Source of the DNA: Vulcanimicrobiota bacterium
GTDB lineage: Bacteria; Vulcanimicrobiota; Vulcanimicrobiia; Vulcanimicrobiales; Vulcanimicrobiaceae
Length of the DNA stretch: 64,000 bases
Assembly (NCBI GenBank): GCA_963833095.1
Contig: CAWHWQ010000001.1
Location: 128,001 to 192,000, forward strand
Direction: 5' to 3'
This document shows positions 44,417 to 53,317 of the stretch, one piece after another. The first letter of the stretch is position 1, and the number at the start of each line of letters is the position of its first letter. The position numbers and the translations under genes were made by a program. Below the pieces are notes generated by a model. It was not told the DNA's origin, searched no databases, and saw only the letters and a program-made list of their open reading frames with translations.

Positions 44417-46093
44417 TCATTCCGCCAGCCACAGTTTGACGAGTTTGGCGATGCTGTCGGGGTTCTCTTGAGCGACGGTGGTAACGTATTCGATCATCTG
44501 TTCGCGAGTCAGATCGGCAGCGGATCGTATCGGTGCGGCGATGCCCGGCGCACCTTCGAGGATCGGATGCTCTTCGAATGGGGGCAGCTCTTCGGCAAGC
44601 GAGGTGTCGAAGGACGGCAGTTCGGTGGCCGGCGCGAAGCGTCCGCGACGCGAACGCGTTACCAAGAGGCCGCCGATTGCGAGCGCGGCTGCGAGACCGA
44701 CGGCGATAAGTGCCCAAAGTGGCATGCCGAGGACGGTCGTCGTTGCGGACGACGGCGCACCGACGTTTTCAACCGACGGATTGAACGGAATGGCTTCGAC
44801 CGACACTTGATCGCCCTGCGCGACGTTAAGGCCGGCAGCGGCAATGACGGCGTTGCGAATCTGTTGCACGTTTGCCGGCGTCAATTGGTAGGTCTGCGCG
44901 GCGGCGAGAGCGGGCGTGCCGTTTGCGTTTGCAGCTTGCGCCGAGGCGTCGACCAGCACCGCGACGCTGGTTTGCAAAACTTTGCCCGGCGCGTCGATGT
45001 GCTTGATGTTCTGCTCGGTGATGTCGTAGTTGGTCGTCGACTTCGAGCGATTGTAGCGCCCGTTAGCTTGTTGATTGGCGGCCTGATAGGTGCCGATGTT
45101 GCTCGTCGTTCCCGGGACGCCGACCGCCGGGTTACGAACCGGCTGCGTCCCGACATACGATTCGCGCTCGGATTGCGCGGAGAGCACGGTGCCTTGCGGC
45201 GCGTACACTTTGCTGTCGGTCGAGTTAGCGTCGAAATTCATCTTGGTCGAAACGCGAGCGACCGCGCGCTTGGGACCCAGTGTCGAATCGAGCATCGACT
45301 GGATGCTGGTTTGCAGCGCCGACTCGTAGCGCTCCTTAGCGAGCAGTTGCTCTTGCGTCATCTGCAATGCGCTGGCCGAACCGTCCCCCGAACCCGAGCC
45401 CGTTGGTCCCGCGCCGGGCAAGAGAATTTGCCCGTCTTGATTGACGATCGTAACGTCTTGAGGCTTGAGCCCGTCCACCGCGCTGGCGACGAGCATCGTG
45501 ATGCCTTTGACTTGGCCGGCATCGAGGCTTTGGCCAGGCTTGGTCTTGATCGCGATCGAGGCCGTTGTAGGTTCCTGCGTTGCCGTGTAGAGCGCCTGGT
45601 CCGGCGCGGCGATGTTCACGCGCGAGGACTCTACCGGATCCAGGCCATCGATCGTGCGCTCGAGTTCTCCCTCGACGGCGCGCGTCTTATCGAGCTTCTC
45701 CTGGAACTCGGTCATCCCGAAGTTGGTCCGGTCAAACAGCTCGTAACCGGTGGACCCGCCTTTGATGAGACCTCCGCCGGCGATCGCGACCCGCTCGTCG
45801 CTGACGCTGGCGTCCGGAACGTAGACCGTTTTGCCGTCGGCAGAAAGATGATAAGGAACTTTATCATCTTTTAAATGTTGTGTAACGGCAGCGGCGTCGT
45901 CGGCCGAAAGGTTCGAAAACAGGGTCTCGTAGTGCTGACCCCGACCGAGGTAGAGCCACGAAAGTGCGAGCAAGCCGATGACGACCGCGGCGATACCGGT
46001 GACGGCAATCGTGCGTGTCTGGCGGTTCTGATTCTGCCAAATAGCCGTTAAACGGCCGGCAAGGTCGGACCAAAGCGAGCTAAGACGGTCCAC
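44417..46093 (-). CDS. fliF: MS-ring protein FliF
   Basis: GYELFD, RAVEGELERTI, LVASAVDGL, two TMs, AKLVKLWL. Confidence 0.96.
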   Translation of the reverse strand: MDRLSSLWSDLAGRLTAIWQNQNRQTRTIAVTGIAAVVIGLLALSWLYLGRGQHYETLFSNLSADDAAAVTQHLKDDKVPYHLSADGKTVYVPDASVSDERVAIAGGGLIKGGSTGYELFDRTNFGMTEFQEKLDKTRAVEGELERTIDGLDPVESSRVNIAAPDQALYTATQEPTTASIAIKTKPGQSLDAGQVKGITMLVASAVDGLKPQDVTIVNQDGQILLPGAGPTGSGSGDGSASALQMTQEQLLAKERYESALQTSIQSMLDSTLGPKRAVARVSTKMNFDANSTDSKVYAPQGTVLSAQSERESYVGTQPVRNPAVGVPGTTSNIGTYQAANQQANGRYNRSKSTTNYDITEQNIKHIDAPGKVLQTSVAVLVDASAQAANANGTPALAAAQTYQLTPANVQQIRNAVIAAAGLNVAQGDQVSVEAIPFNPSVENVGAPSSATTTVLGMPLWALIAVGLAAALAIGGLLVTRSRRGRFAPATELPSFDTSLAEELPPFEEHPILEGAPGIAAPIRSAADLTREQMIEYVTTVAQENPDSIAKLVKLWLAE

Positions 46094-46196
46094 GCCTATA
46101 TGTACCTAATTCTCCGAGCCAACCGTGGCATGCAACACCGAGCCTCCGTGTTCGGTGCGGGAGAAGCCCAACTCGAACGTCAGGCTACTATCTCGT

Positions 46197-46223
46197 GTAT
46201 CGGTCACGGTGCTATCGCCTTTA
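46197..46223 (-). promoter_or_regulatory. sigma28-type promoter of fliF
   Basis: TAAA-15 nt-ACCGATAC. Confidence 0.65.
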
Positions 46224-46227
46224 GCAC

Positions 46228-47481
46228 TTACCGGGCCAGTTCGTTTCGTTCTCGTCCGACCGAGATTAATTCGACCGGGGTCGCTAGTACCTCTTCTATA
46301 CGGGCGATGTAGCGCCGGGCTGCTTGCGGCAACGCCGCCTTGGCGCGAATGTGCCCGATCGGCTCGCTCCAGCCATCGAGTTCCTCGACGACAACCTCGA
46401 GATCCGGGGATCCGGCAGCCGAGAACTCGGCTGCTTGCCCGCGCAACCGATAGCCTGTCACGATCCCCACGCGCTCGAATCCGCAGAGCACGTCGAGTTT
46501 TGTAAGGGCTAACGCCTGCAAACCATTAAGCCGAACCGCATACCGTCCCGCGACCGCATCGAACCAGCCACACCGCCGTGGGCGCCCCGTCACGGTGCCG
46601 AATTCGCCTCCCGCTTGGCGCAAGCGTTCCCCCCGCTCGTCCGGTAACTCGGACGGAAATGGGCCGGCACCCACTCGCGTGCAGTAGGCTTTGACCACCC
46701 CGATCACGCGGTCGATCGCCCCGGGGCCGATGCCGAGGCCAATGCACGCGCCGCCGGCAATGGTGTGCGAACTGGTAACGTACGGATACGTCCCATACCC
46801 CACATCTAACAGCGAACCTTGCGCGCCTTCGATTAACACTCGCTTATCGCGCTCGAACTTTTCGTGAATGTACGCAACGCCGTCCACGATGTGCGGCGCG
46901 AGCCGTTCGGCCGCGTCGAGCGTGGCTCCAACTAGGTCCGCTTCGCTCGGAACGTTCTCGCCCTCGAGCAACGCGGCGCGGTGGAGCAGATTCAAGCGAA
47001 TTTTCTCGGCGAGCGACTCTCGTCGCGCAAACTCACCGAAGGTAATGCCGCTGCGCGCGGCTTTGTCCACATAGGCGGGGCCAATACCGCGGCCGGTCGT
47101 TCCAATCGCGCCGGCTCCTCGGGCCCGTTCGCTCGCGCGATCTTGCGCGGCATGGTACGGCAGCACCAGGTGCGCGCGATCGGAGATCTTGACACGCGAG
47201 ATGTCGACGCCGATCGCGGCTAATCGGTCGAGCTCCTCCAGCAGGCCGGTCGGATTGATGACCGTGCCGCCACCGACAAAGAGCTCGACGTGCGGATTGA
47301 GTACGCCGGAAGGCACGATGCGCAGCGCGATGTCAACGTCGCCGACCTTGATCTGGTGACCGGCATTGTCGCCGCCGCCGAAGCGCGCAACCACGTCGTA
47401 GTTCTGCGCGTACAAATCGACGACGCGCCCTTTTCCTTCGTCACCCCACTGGATGCCTACGATGATATCTGCTTTGGTCAT
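46228..47481 (-). CDS. purA: Adenylosuccinate synthetase
   Basis: QWGDEGKG, GTTGRGIGPAY, TVTGRPRRCGWFD, TKLDVL. Confidence 0.98.
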   Translation of the reverse strand: MTKADIIVGIQWGDEGKGRVVDLYAQNYDVVARFGGGDNAGHQIKVGDVDIALRIVPSGVLNPHVELFVGGGTVINPTGLLEELDRLAAIGVDISRVKISDRAHLVLPYHAAQDRASERARGAGAIGTTGRGIGPAYVDKAARSGITFGEFARRESLAEKIRLNLLHRAALLEGENVPSEADLVGATLDAAERLAPHIVDGVAYIHEKFERDKRVLIEGAQGSLLDVGYGTYPYVTSSHTIAGGACIGLGIGPGAIDRVIGVVKAYCTRVGAGPFPSELPDERGERLRQAGGEFGTVTGRPRRCGWFDAVAGRYAVRLNGLQALALTKLDVLCGFERVGIVTGYRLRGQAAEFSAAGSPDLEVVVEELDGWSEPIGHIRAKAALPQAARRYIARIEEVLATPVELISVGRERNELAR

Positions 47482-47489
47482 CTCTGCTT

Positions 47490-47632
47490 TCGTGATTTGT
47501 CATTTGCTCCTGAGGGAGCCACTCCTCGCAACCACATCGTGTGGTTGCTCCTGTTGCACTTCTCCGCGCTCTCGCCATCCTGGCTGCGCGCCTCGTACGT
47601 AGCCTCCCCACGGAACAGGTGACAAATCACGA
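47490..47632. mobile_element. 143-bp palindromic element (family A-related) directly upstream of purA
   Basis: Perfect 13-bp IR TCGTGATTTGTCA; internal module 47522-47557 homologous to 11716-11749. Confidence 0.75.
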
Positions 47633-47681
47633 CGCTAGAGATTGCGACGCGATGTCATCTGCGGGGGGAATTGGATGGGTT

Positions 47682-49007
47682 CTATTCAGACCTGAATTCT
47701 AAGTCGCTTGTGTCACCCATCGGGATTTCGCGCGCGCCTTGGAACTGCGTCATAACGAACTCCGAGAACAGGGCATTGGGCCATCCGAAGTCTTCGCGCG
47801 TGAAGCGCTTGGGATCGTCGGGATCGAACGATTCGTGCAGCAGGTGATCGCCGGGATCGCTCGCGAGCAATTGCGTCAGGACGTCCTGCTTTTCCACGCT
47901 GGTCGTTGCGGTGAGACCCTCCATGATCAGCGCGAGCGGCCAGATCCAATGGTCGGGTGTATGGAAGCTGCCGATACCGCGCGCAACTTGCCCCTGATAG
48001 AACGACGGGTTGTCGGCGGAAAGCAAGAAGTGGCGCGTGTTCTCGTAGTAGCGGTCGTTGGGCGTCGTATAACCGATGTAGGGCGCCGAGAGCAGACTCG
48101 GAACGTTGGCGTCGTCAGTAAGGATCGCGTGACCCAGTCCGTCGACCTCGTAGGCGTAGATGTAGCCGTATTTCGGCACCAGCACCAATCCATAGGTTTG
48201 GATGCCGCGCTGTACTTCATCCCGCAGCGAGGTCGCTTCGTTGGCCTTAACCACATTGTGATAGACCGTGCGCTCGATCTCAGCCATGTCGCCGAGCGCG
48301 ACCACCGCGAACATTTCCGACGGGATCAGGAAGTTGTAGTAGCACGCGTCGTCCGATGGGCGGAATCCCGTCCAAATCATGCCCGTGTAGCCGACGGCAC
48401 GACCCTTGCCGTCCTCGGCGAGTTCCTTATGCGTATAACGCGAGTCGCGCGGATGATCTTGTTCGCGCTGCATCGTCGCCAGAACCGCGTCCAGCGCTTT
48501 TTGGTAGTCGGGCGTGAAAATCGATGCGTCACCGGTGGTCTTCCAATAGCTCCACGAAAGCGCGATCGGATAGGCAAGGGAATCGAGTTCGAACTTCTGC
48601 TCCCACACGCGGTAGTCGAGCGTGAACGCATTGGCGTAGGGATCGACTTGCAGGTACTTCACCATGCGCGCGATGATCGCGCGCAAGAGCGAACGCGTAT
48701 CGGGATCGTCTTTGGCGAAGAACAGATACGGACGCGCTTGGGCGCTGGCGTCGCGTAGCCACTCAGCCGGAATGTCGCCGGTCTTGATGTACGCGGTGCC
48801 GTCGGGCGCGTACTCGGCGAGCTTGCCCGTGTCGAGTAAAGCCGCCCGGAACATCTCGGCCAGGTGGGCGTTGGGGTTATTGTAGTCGGCCGCGGCGCGC
48901 GCAATCGACTGCAGCTCGAGCGAATTGGCGCGCAACGGAAACACTCCGGCGAGGAGCGCCACAATCAGCGCGCACACGCGCGTCCCGCGGGTCCAAGTCT
49001 TAATCAC
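47682..49007 (-). CDS. Glycoside hydrolase family 125, probably secreted
   Basis: TGDIPAEWLRD, KFELDSL, FRPSDD, DDANVPSLL, FGWPNALF; signal-like N-terminus. Confidence 0.9.
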   Translation of the reverse strand: MIKTWTRGTRVCALIVALLAGVFPLRANSLELQSIARAAADYNNPNAHLAEMFRAALLDTGKLAEYAPDGTAYIKTGDIPAEWLRDASAQARPYLFFAKDDPDTRSLLRAIIARMVKYLQVDPYANAFTLDYRVWEQKFELDSLAYPIALSWSYWKTTGDASIFTPDYQKALDAVLATMQREQDHPRDSRYTHKELAEDGKGRAVGYTGMIWTGFRPSDDACYYNFLIPSEMFAVVALGDMAEIERTVYHNVVKANEATSLRDEVQRGIQTYGLVLVPKYGYIYAYEVDGLGHAILTDDANVPSLLSAPYIGYTTPNDRYYENTRHFLLSADNPSFYQGQVARGIGSFHTPDHWIWPLALIMEGLTATTSVEKQDVLTQLLASDPGDHLLHESFDPDDPKRFTREDFGWPNALFSEFVMTQFQGAREIPMGDTSDLEFRSE

Positions 49008-49513
49008 GGCCACGCTCCATGAGCATACAATCCTTGCAATTCCCGGTAGCGACCGCAATAGTCGAGCCCGTAGCCCACGACATAGACGTCGGGGATTTCA
49101 AAACCGCGGTACTTGACCTCAATATCGGCAATTCTGCGCGCCGGACGATCCAGCAGGGTGCAGACCGCCAACGAGGCAGGCGAGCGGGCGGAAAGCGACT
49201 TGAAAACATATTGGAGAGTCATACCCGTATCGATGGTGTCGTCGACTAGGATAACGTCCCGCCCCTCAATGGAGGCTGAGGTGTCCTTGAGGAACCGGAT
49301 GCCCTCGGCGCTGCTGAACTTGGTGACGGCGATCGCATCGTACTCGCACGGGATCGTGACGGCCCGTGTCAGATCGGCCAAAAAGGTCGCAGCCGCGTTG
49401 AGGACGCCGATCAGCACGGGGATACGTCCCTCGTAATCTCGCGAGATCTGGGCGCCCAGCTCCGCGACGCGAGCGGCGATCGCCCGGGCGTCAAAGAGCA
49501 CCTCGCCGATCAT
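49004..49513 (-). CDS. hpt: Hypoxanthine phosphoribosyltransferase
   Basis: VILVDDTIDTGMT, YVVGYGLDY. Confidence 0.88.
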   Translation of the reverse strand: MIGEVLFDARAIAARVAELGAQISRDYEGRIPVLIGVLNAAATFLADLTRAVTIPCEYDAIAVTKFSSAEGIRFLKDTSASIEGRDVILVDDTIDTGMTLQYVFKSLSARSPASLAVCTLLDRPARRIADIEVKYRGFEIPDVYVVGYGLDYCGRYRELQGLYAHGAWP

Positions 49514-49839
49514 GCGGCAGGCCGAAGGCGCGCGAAGAGCCGCTCGATGTCACGTCGCGTAAACAGTTTGACGCGCACGCGAGGATGATGCTGCGCCATC
49601 AAACGCAGCTTGCGGTTCTTGCGCGTATTCAACGCGGGCTTGGCCACGGTCATCTCGATATACAGGTCGTAATCCGGCAGATAGAAATCGGGCGTAAAAA
49701 AAGCGACAGGTCTGCCGCTGGGGTCCCAAAAGATCGGGAACGAACGAGGTTCGTATTCCCAGACGATTCGATAGAAGTCGAAGAGCCGGGCGAGAGCCGA
49801 TTCGCTCTCGTGCGCAAAAACAATCCGCGACGCCGCCAC
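49510..49839 (-). CDS. Small PD-(D/E)XK-like hypothetical protein
   Basis: SE..A..F....WEYEP...FTPDFYLP..DLYIE. Confidence 0.7.
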   Translation of the reverse strand: MAASRIVFAHESESALARLFDFYRIVWEYEPRSFPIFWDPSGRPVAFFTPDFYLPDYDLYIEMTVAKPALNTRKNRKLRLMAQHHPRVRVKLFTRRDIERLFARLRPAA

Positions 49840-49849
49840 GGAAGACGTT

Positions 49850-51001
49850 CTACGACATGCTCGGCCGAAATTCCGCCTTTGCGCCGGGCAAACGAATCAC
49901 AAATCGCGCCCCTCCCAGCGGAGAGTCGGCAATGCTTACGTTGCCGGCCGCGCGTTGCACGATCGTACGAACGATGGCAAGGCCAATTCCGCAGCCGCGT
50001 GCCGCGTCGCTCGCGCCGCCTCGCGCGCGATGCTCGAAGACAAGCTCGCGCTCGGAGGGTGCGACGCCGGGTCCATCATCGTCCACGATCGCGTGAACAA
50101 ACGGATCCTGGCGTTCCACCGTGACGATAATCCGTCCGCCGGGTCCGGCGTACTTGATGGCATTCTCGATCACGTTGAGCAGCACGTGCATGCACGCGTC
50201 ACCGCCGATCCGCGCGACGACGTCGCCATCATGCGCGACGCGCAGGCACATCCCCGCTTCTCGCGCGATCGGATCGAGCGCATCGATCGCGGCCTGGGCA
50301 GCGGCCACAAGATCGGTGACGCCCGCTACCGGTTGCGGGGAGAGATCCAGAAGCGAAAAGTCGAGCATGCCGTCCACCAGGCGCCCGAGTCGCAGCGCTT
50401 CGTTGCGCGCGACCTCGAGAAACCGGCGCGCCGTAACGACGTCGAGATCGTCGTCGTCAAGCAAGGTTTCGATGTAGCCGCGTATCGACGTGAGCGGCGT
50501 TCGTAGCTCGTGGCCGACCGTTGCAAGAAATTCGTACCGTTCGCGCTCGCGCGCGCCGCGTTCCAGGGCTCGCTCGATTGTCGATTCGAAGGCTTCAACG
50601 TCACCGGGTGTGGAGATCGGCCACCAGCCGGTCTCCATCCGCTTTCCGGTCACGAGCGACATCGTAGCCGCAATCCGCTCGAGCGCCGAACGCGCATCAA
50701 GCGTCAGCGCAGTGGCTGGATCCCGCGCGGGCGCGAGCATCGCGATGACAAACCAGTCGCTACCCGGTTCGTGAGCTAGCCGGTCACCCTCGCGCACAAT
50801 GCGCTCGGCCGCACGGGCAAATGCTTCAACGGTTTCACGTTCCAATCGCCGCGCCGCGCGCCTCCCGTCACGCCAGGCGAGACGCGCTACCTCGGGCAAA
50901 CGCAGAACCAAGAGCGGGACCTCTCGATTCTGCGCGAGCACCTCCAAAATCCGCGGTTCGAGCTGCGCAAGCGCGTAGATTCGACGTCCGCGAACGTTCA
51001 T
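49850..51001 (-). CDS. Cytoplasmic sensor histidine kinase
   Basis: GHELRTPLTSIRG, NVIENAIKY, DDDGPG, GCGIGLAI; no TM seen. Confidence 0.92.
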   Translation of the reverse strand: MNVRGRRIYALAQLEPRILEVLAQNREVPLLVLRLPEVARLAWRDGRRAARRLERETVEAFARAAERIVREGDRLAHEPGSDWFVIAMLAPARDPATALTLDARSALERIAATMSLVTGKRMETGWWPISTPGDVEAFESTIERALERGARERERYEFLATVGHELRTPLTSIRGYIETLLDDDDLDVVTARRFLEVARNEALRLGRLVDGMLDFSLLDLSPQPVAGVTDLVAAAQAAIDALDPIAREAGMCLRVAHDGDVVARIGGDACMHVLLNVIENAIKYAGPGGRIIVTVERQDPFVHAIVDDDGPGVAPSERELVFEHRARGGASDAARGCGIGLAIVRTIVQRAAGNVSIADSPLGGARFVIRLPGAKAEFRPSMS

Positions 51002-51687
51002 ACCCGAACGAATTTGTATCCGTACCCGTGGATGGTTTGGACGATCGGGGGCATCCCGGCATCCTCCTCGATCTTGGCGCGCAAGCGGCGCACGTGGACG
51101 TCGACGGTACGCTCGTCGCCGTCGAAGTCGAAACCCCAGACGCGCTCGAGTAACCGTTCGCGCGACAGTGCGACACCGGCGTTGGCCGCGAGTTCGAGCA
51201 GGAGGGCAAACTCGCGCGGTTTGAGCCGGACGTCGACCCCGTCGACGCGCGCCTCGCGCGCGGCTTCGTCGATCTCTAACCGCCCGAAGCGCAGGCTTGC
51301 CGGCGCCGCATCGAAGGTCCGCCCCGCCCGGCGCAAGACCGCGCGCACGCGCGCAACGACCTCGCGCGGAGAAAACGGCTTGCAGATGTAGTCGTCGGCG
51401 CCCAGTTCGAATCCGACGACGCGATCGATCTCATCGATGCGCGCAGTTAGCATCACGATGGGTACGGGTCGCTCCTCGCGTCGAAGGGTCCGCACCACGT
51501 CAAAGCCGTCGACACCCGGCAAGCCAATATCCAGAATGACCAAATCGGCAGCATGACGCGCGCTGCGAAGTGCCGCCTGGCCGTCGCTTACAGCGACGAC
51601 GCTGAAGCCCTCGCGTTCCAAATGATGCGCGAGGAGCTCGCGGATCGCACTGTCGTCCTCAGCGACGACAATCGTGGGGGCGGCCAT
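50998..51687 (-). CDS. OmpR-family response regulator
   Basis: LDIGLPGVDG, GADDYICKPF, RTVDVHVRRLR, GYGYK. Confidence 0.95.
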   Translation of the reverse strand: MAAPTIVVAEDDSAIRELLAHHLEREGFSVVAVSDGQAALRSARHAADLVILDIGLPGVDGFDVVRTLRREERPVPIVMLTARIDEIDRVVGFELGADDYICKPFSPREVVARVRAVLRRAGRTFDAAPASLRFGRLEIDEAAREARVDGVDVRLKPREFALLLELAANAGVALSRERLLERVWGFDFDGDERTVDVHVRRLRAKIEEDAGMPPIVQTIHGYGYKFVRV

Positions 51688-51713
51688 ATGTTGACCAGTG
51701 CCCGCTGGGTTGT

Positions 51714-52196
51714 CTAGAGGGACAGGATCTCCGAGAGCGCTGTGTCGTTTGCAGCCCTTTCACGCAGCACCGCATAAATTGTGGATGCTGCAAAGCCCAA
51801 ACGCTCGAGGCGACGCGCAGCGGCGGGGTAGCTTGGCGCCGCGCTGCGAAGGAGCGCATCGAACGCACGTATGCAGCGCGAACGCTCGCCTTCATCGAGC
51901 GCATCGACGGCGGCCTGCGCCTCGTCGCGGCCGATACCCTTGCGGATTAGGTCGCCGACCAGGCGCATATCGCCCAGCGCCTTGCGCGTGCGCTCAACGT
52001 AGAGTTGCGCAAAGAGACGATCGTCGAGAAAGCGCTCGGCCTTGCAACGAGCGACGACACCAGTAATGGTGTCGTCGTCGAAGCCTTTGCGCTCGAGGCG
52101 CTCCCAGAGCTGCGCCTGCGTCAACCGCCTCCGTGCCAACATCCCCAGAGCGCACGCATAGGCGGTTCGTTCAGCCGCATCGTGCGGCTTGCTCAT
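51714..52196 (-). CDS. recX: Regulatory protein RecX
   Basis: [20 protein letters not shown]; coupled to recA stop. Confidence 0.85.
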   Translation of the reverse strand: MSKPHDAAERTAYACALGMLARRRLTQAQLWERLERKGFDDDTITGVVARCKAERFLDDRLFAQLYVERTRKALGDMRLVGDLIRKGIGRDEAQAAVDALDEGERSRCIRAFDALLRSAAPSYPAAARRLERLGFAASTIYAVLRERAANDTALSEILSL

Positions 52197-53245
52197 CACT
52201 CTTCCGTGGCGGCGACGACGGCGCCGATGCTGTGGCCATTCTTTGAAACCGCGTTGGTAAGAGCCTCGCGGATCTTCGTTTCGATCTCGCCGGCCATATC
52301 GAGGTGTTCTTCCAGAAATGCTTTGGCGTTCTCGCGCCCTTGTCCAATGCGTTGCTCGCCGTAGGTGTACCACGAACCGCTCTTGCCGACGATGTTCTGT
52401 TCGAGCGCGACATCGAGGATCGAGCCCATCTTCGAGATGCCCCGACCATAGGTGATATCGAATTCGGCTTGCCGGAACGGCGGCGCCACCTTGTTCTTGA
52501 CGACCTTGGCGCGCGTGCGTGAACCGACCACATCTTGCCCGACCTTGATCTGTTCGAGCTTGCGTACGTCGACGCGGATCGAGGCATAGAATTTGAGCGC
52601 GCGGCCGCCCGAGGTCGTCTCGGGACTTCCAAACATCACGCCGACCTTCTCACGCAGCTGGTTGATAAAGATCATGACGGCCTTGCTGCGCGAGATCGCG
52701 GCGGTGAGCTTGCGCAGCGCTTGCGACATCAAGCGCGCTTGCAGGCCGACGTGCGCATCGCCCATGTCGCCCTCGAGCTCGGCCTTGGTCACGAGCGCCG
52801 CCACCGAGTCGACGACGATCACGTCGACCGCGTTGCTGCGCGTGAGCATTTCGGCGATCTCGAGCGCCTGTTCGCCGGTATCGGGTTGCGAGACGAGCAA
52901 ATTGTCCAGATCGACACCGAGCGCGGCGGCATAATTCGGATCGAGTGCGTGCTCGACATCGATGAAAGCGGCGGTGCCGCCGTTCTTTTGCGCCTCGGCG
53001 ATTGCATGCAGCGCGAGGGTCGTCTTACCGCTTGATTCGGGACCGTAGATCTCGACGATACGGCCGCGCGGATATCCGCCGACGCCGAGCGCGAGATCGA
53101 GTGCGATCGATCCGCTGGGCACAACCTCGAACGCCATGCGTTCCTGGAAGTCGCCCATTTTCATGATCGATCCCTTACCAAATTGCCGCTCGATCTGGGC
53201 GAGGGCATTGCCCAGGGCGATTGCTCGTTCGTCTTGCGCTGCCAT
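52196..53245 (-). CDS. recA: Recombinase RecA
   Basis: [42 protein letters not shown]. Confidence 0.99.
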   Translation of the reverse strand: MAAQDERAIALGNALAQIERQFGKGSIMKMGDFQERMAFEVVPSGSIALDLALGVGGYPRGRIVEIYGPESSGKTTLALHAIAEAQKNGGTAAFIDVEHALDPNYAAALGVDLDNLLVSQPDTGEQALEIAEMLTRSNAVDVIVVDSVAALVTKAELEGDMGDAHVGLQARLMSQALRKLTAAISRSKAVMIFINQLREKVGVMFGSPETTSGGRALKFYASIRVDVRKLEQIKVGQDVVGSRTRAKVVKNKVAPPFRQAEFDITYGRGISKMGSILDVALEQNIVGKSGSWYTYGEQRIGQGRENAKAFLEEHLDMAGEIETKIREALTNAVSKNGHSIGAVVAATEE

Positions 53246-53286
53246 TCTCTCTCCTCTAGTAATCGTTGCTTTCATATACCATCACG

Positions 53287-53317
53287 TTGTCAGGCGCTGG
53301 TGACAAGTGTATGTCAC
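53287..53317. promoter_or_regulatory. Overlapping TGTCA/TGACA palindromes upstream of recA
   Basis: TTGTCA-N8-TGACAA (53287-53306) and GTGACA-N6-TGTCAC (53300-53317). Confidence 0.5.
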
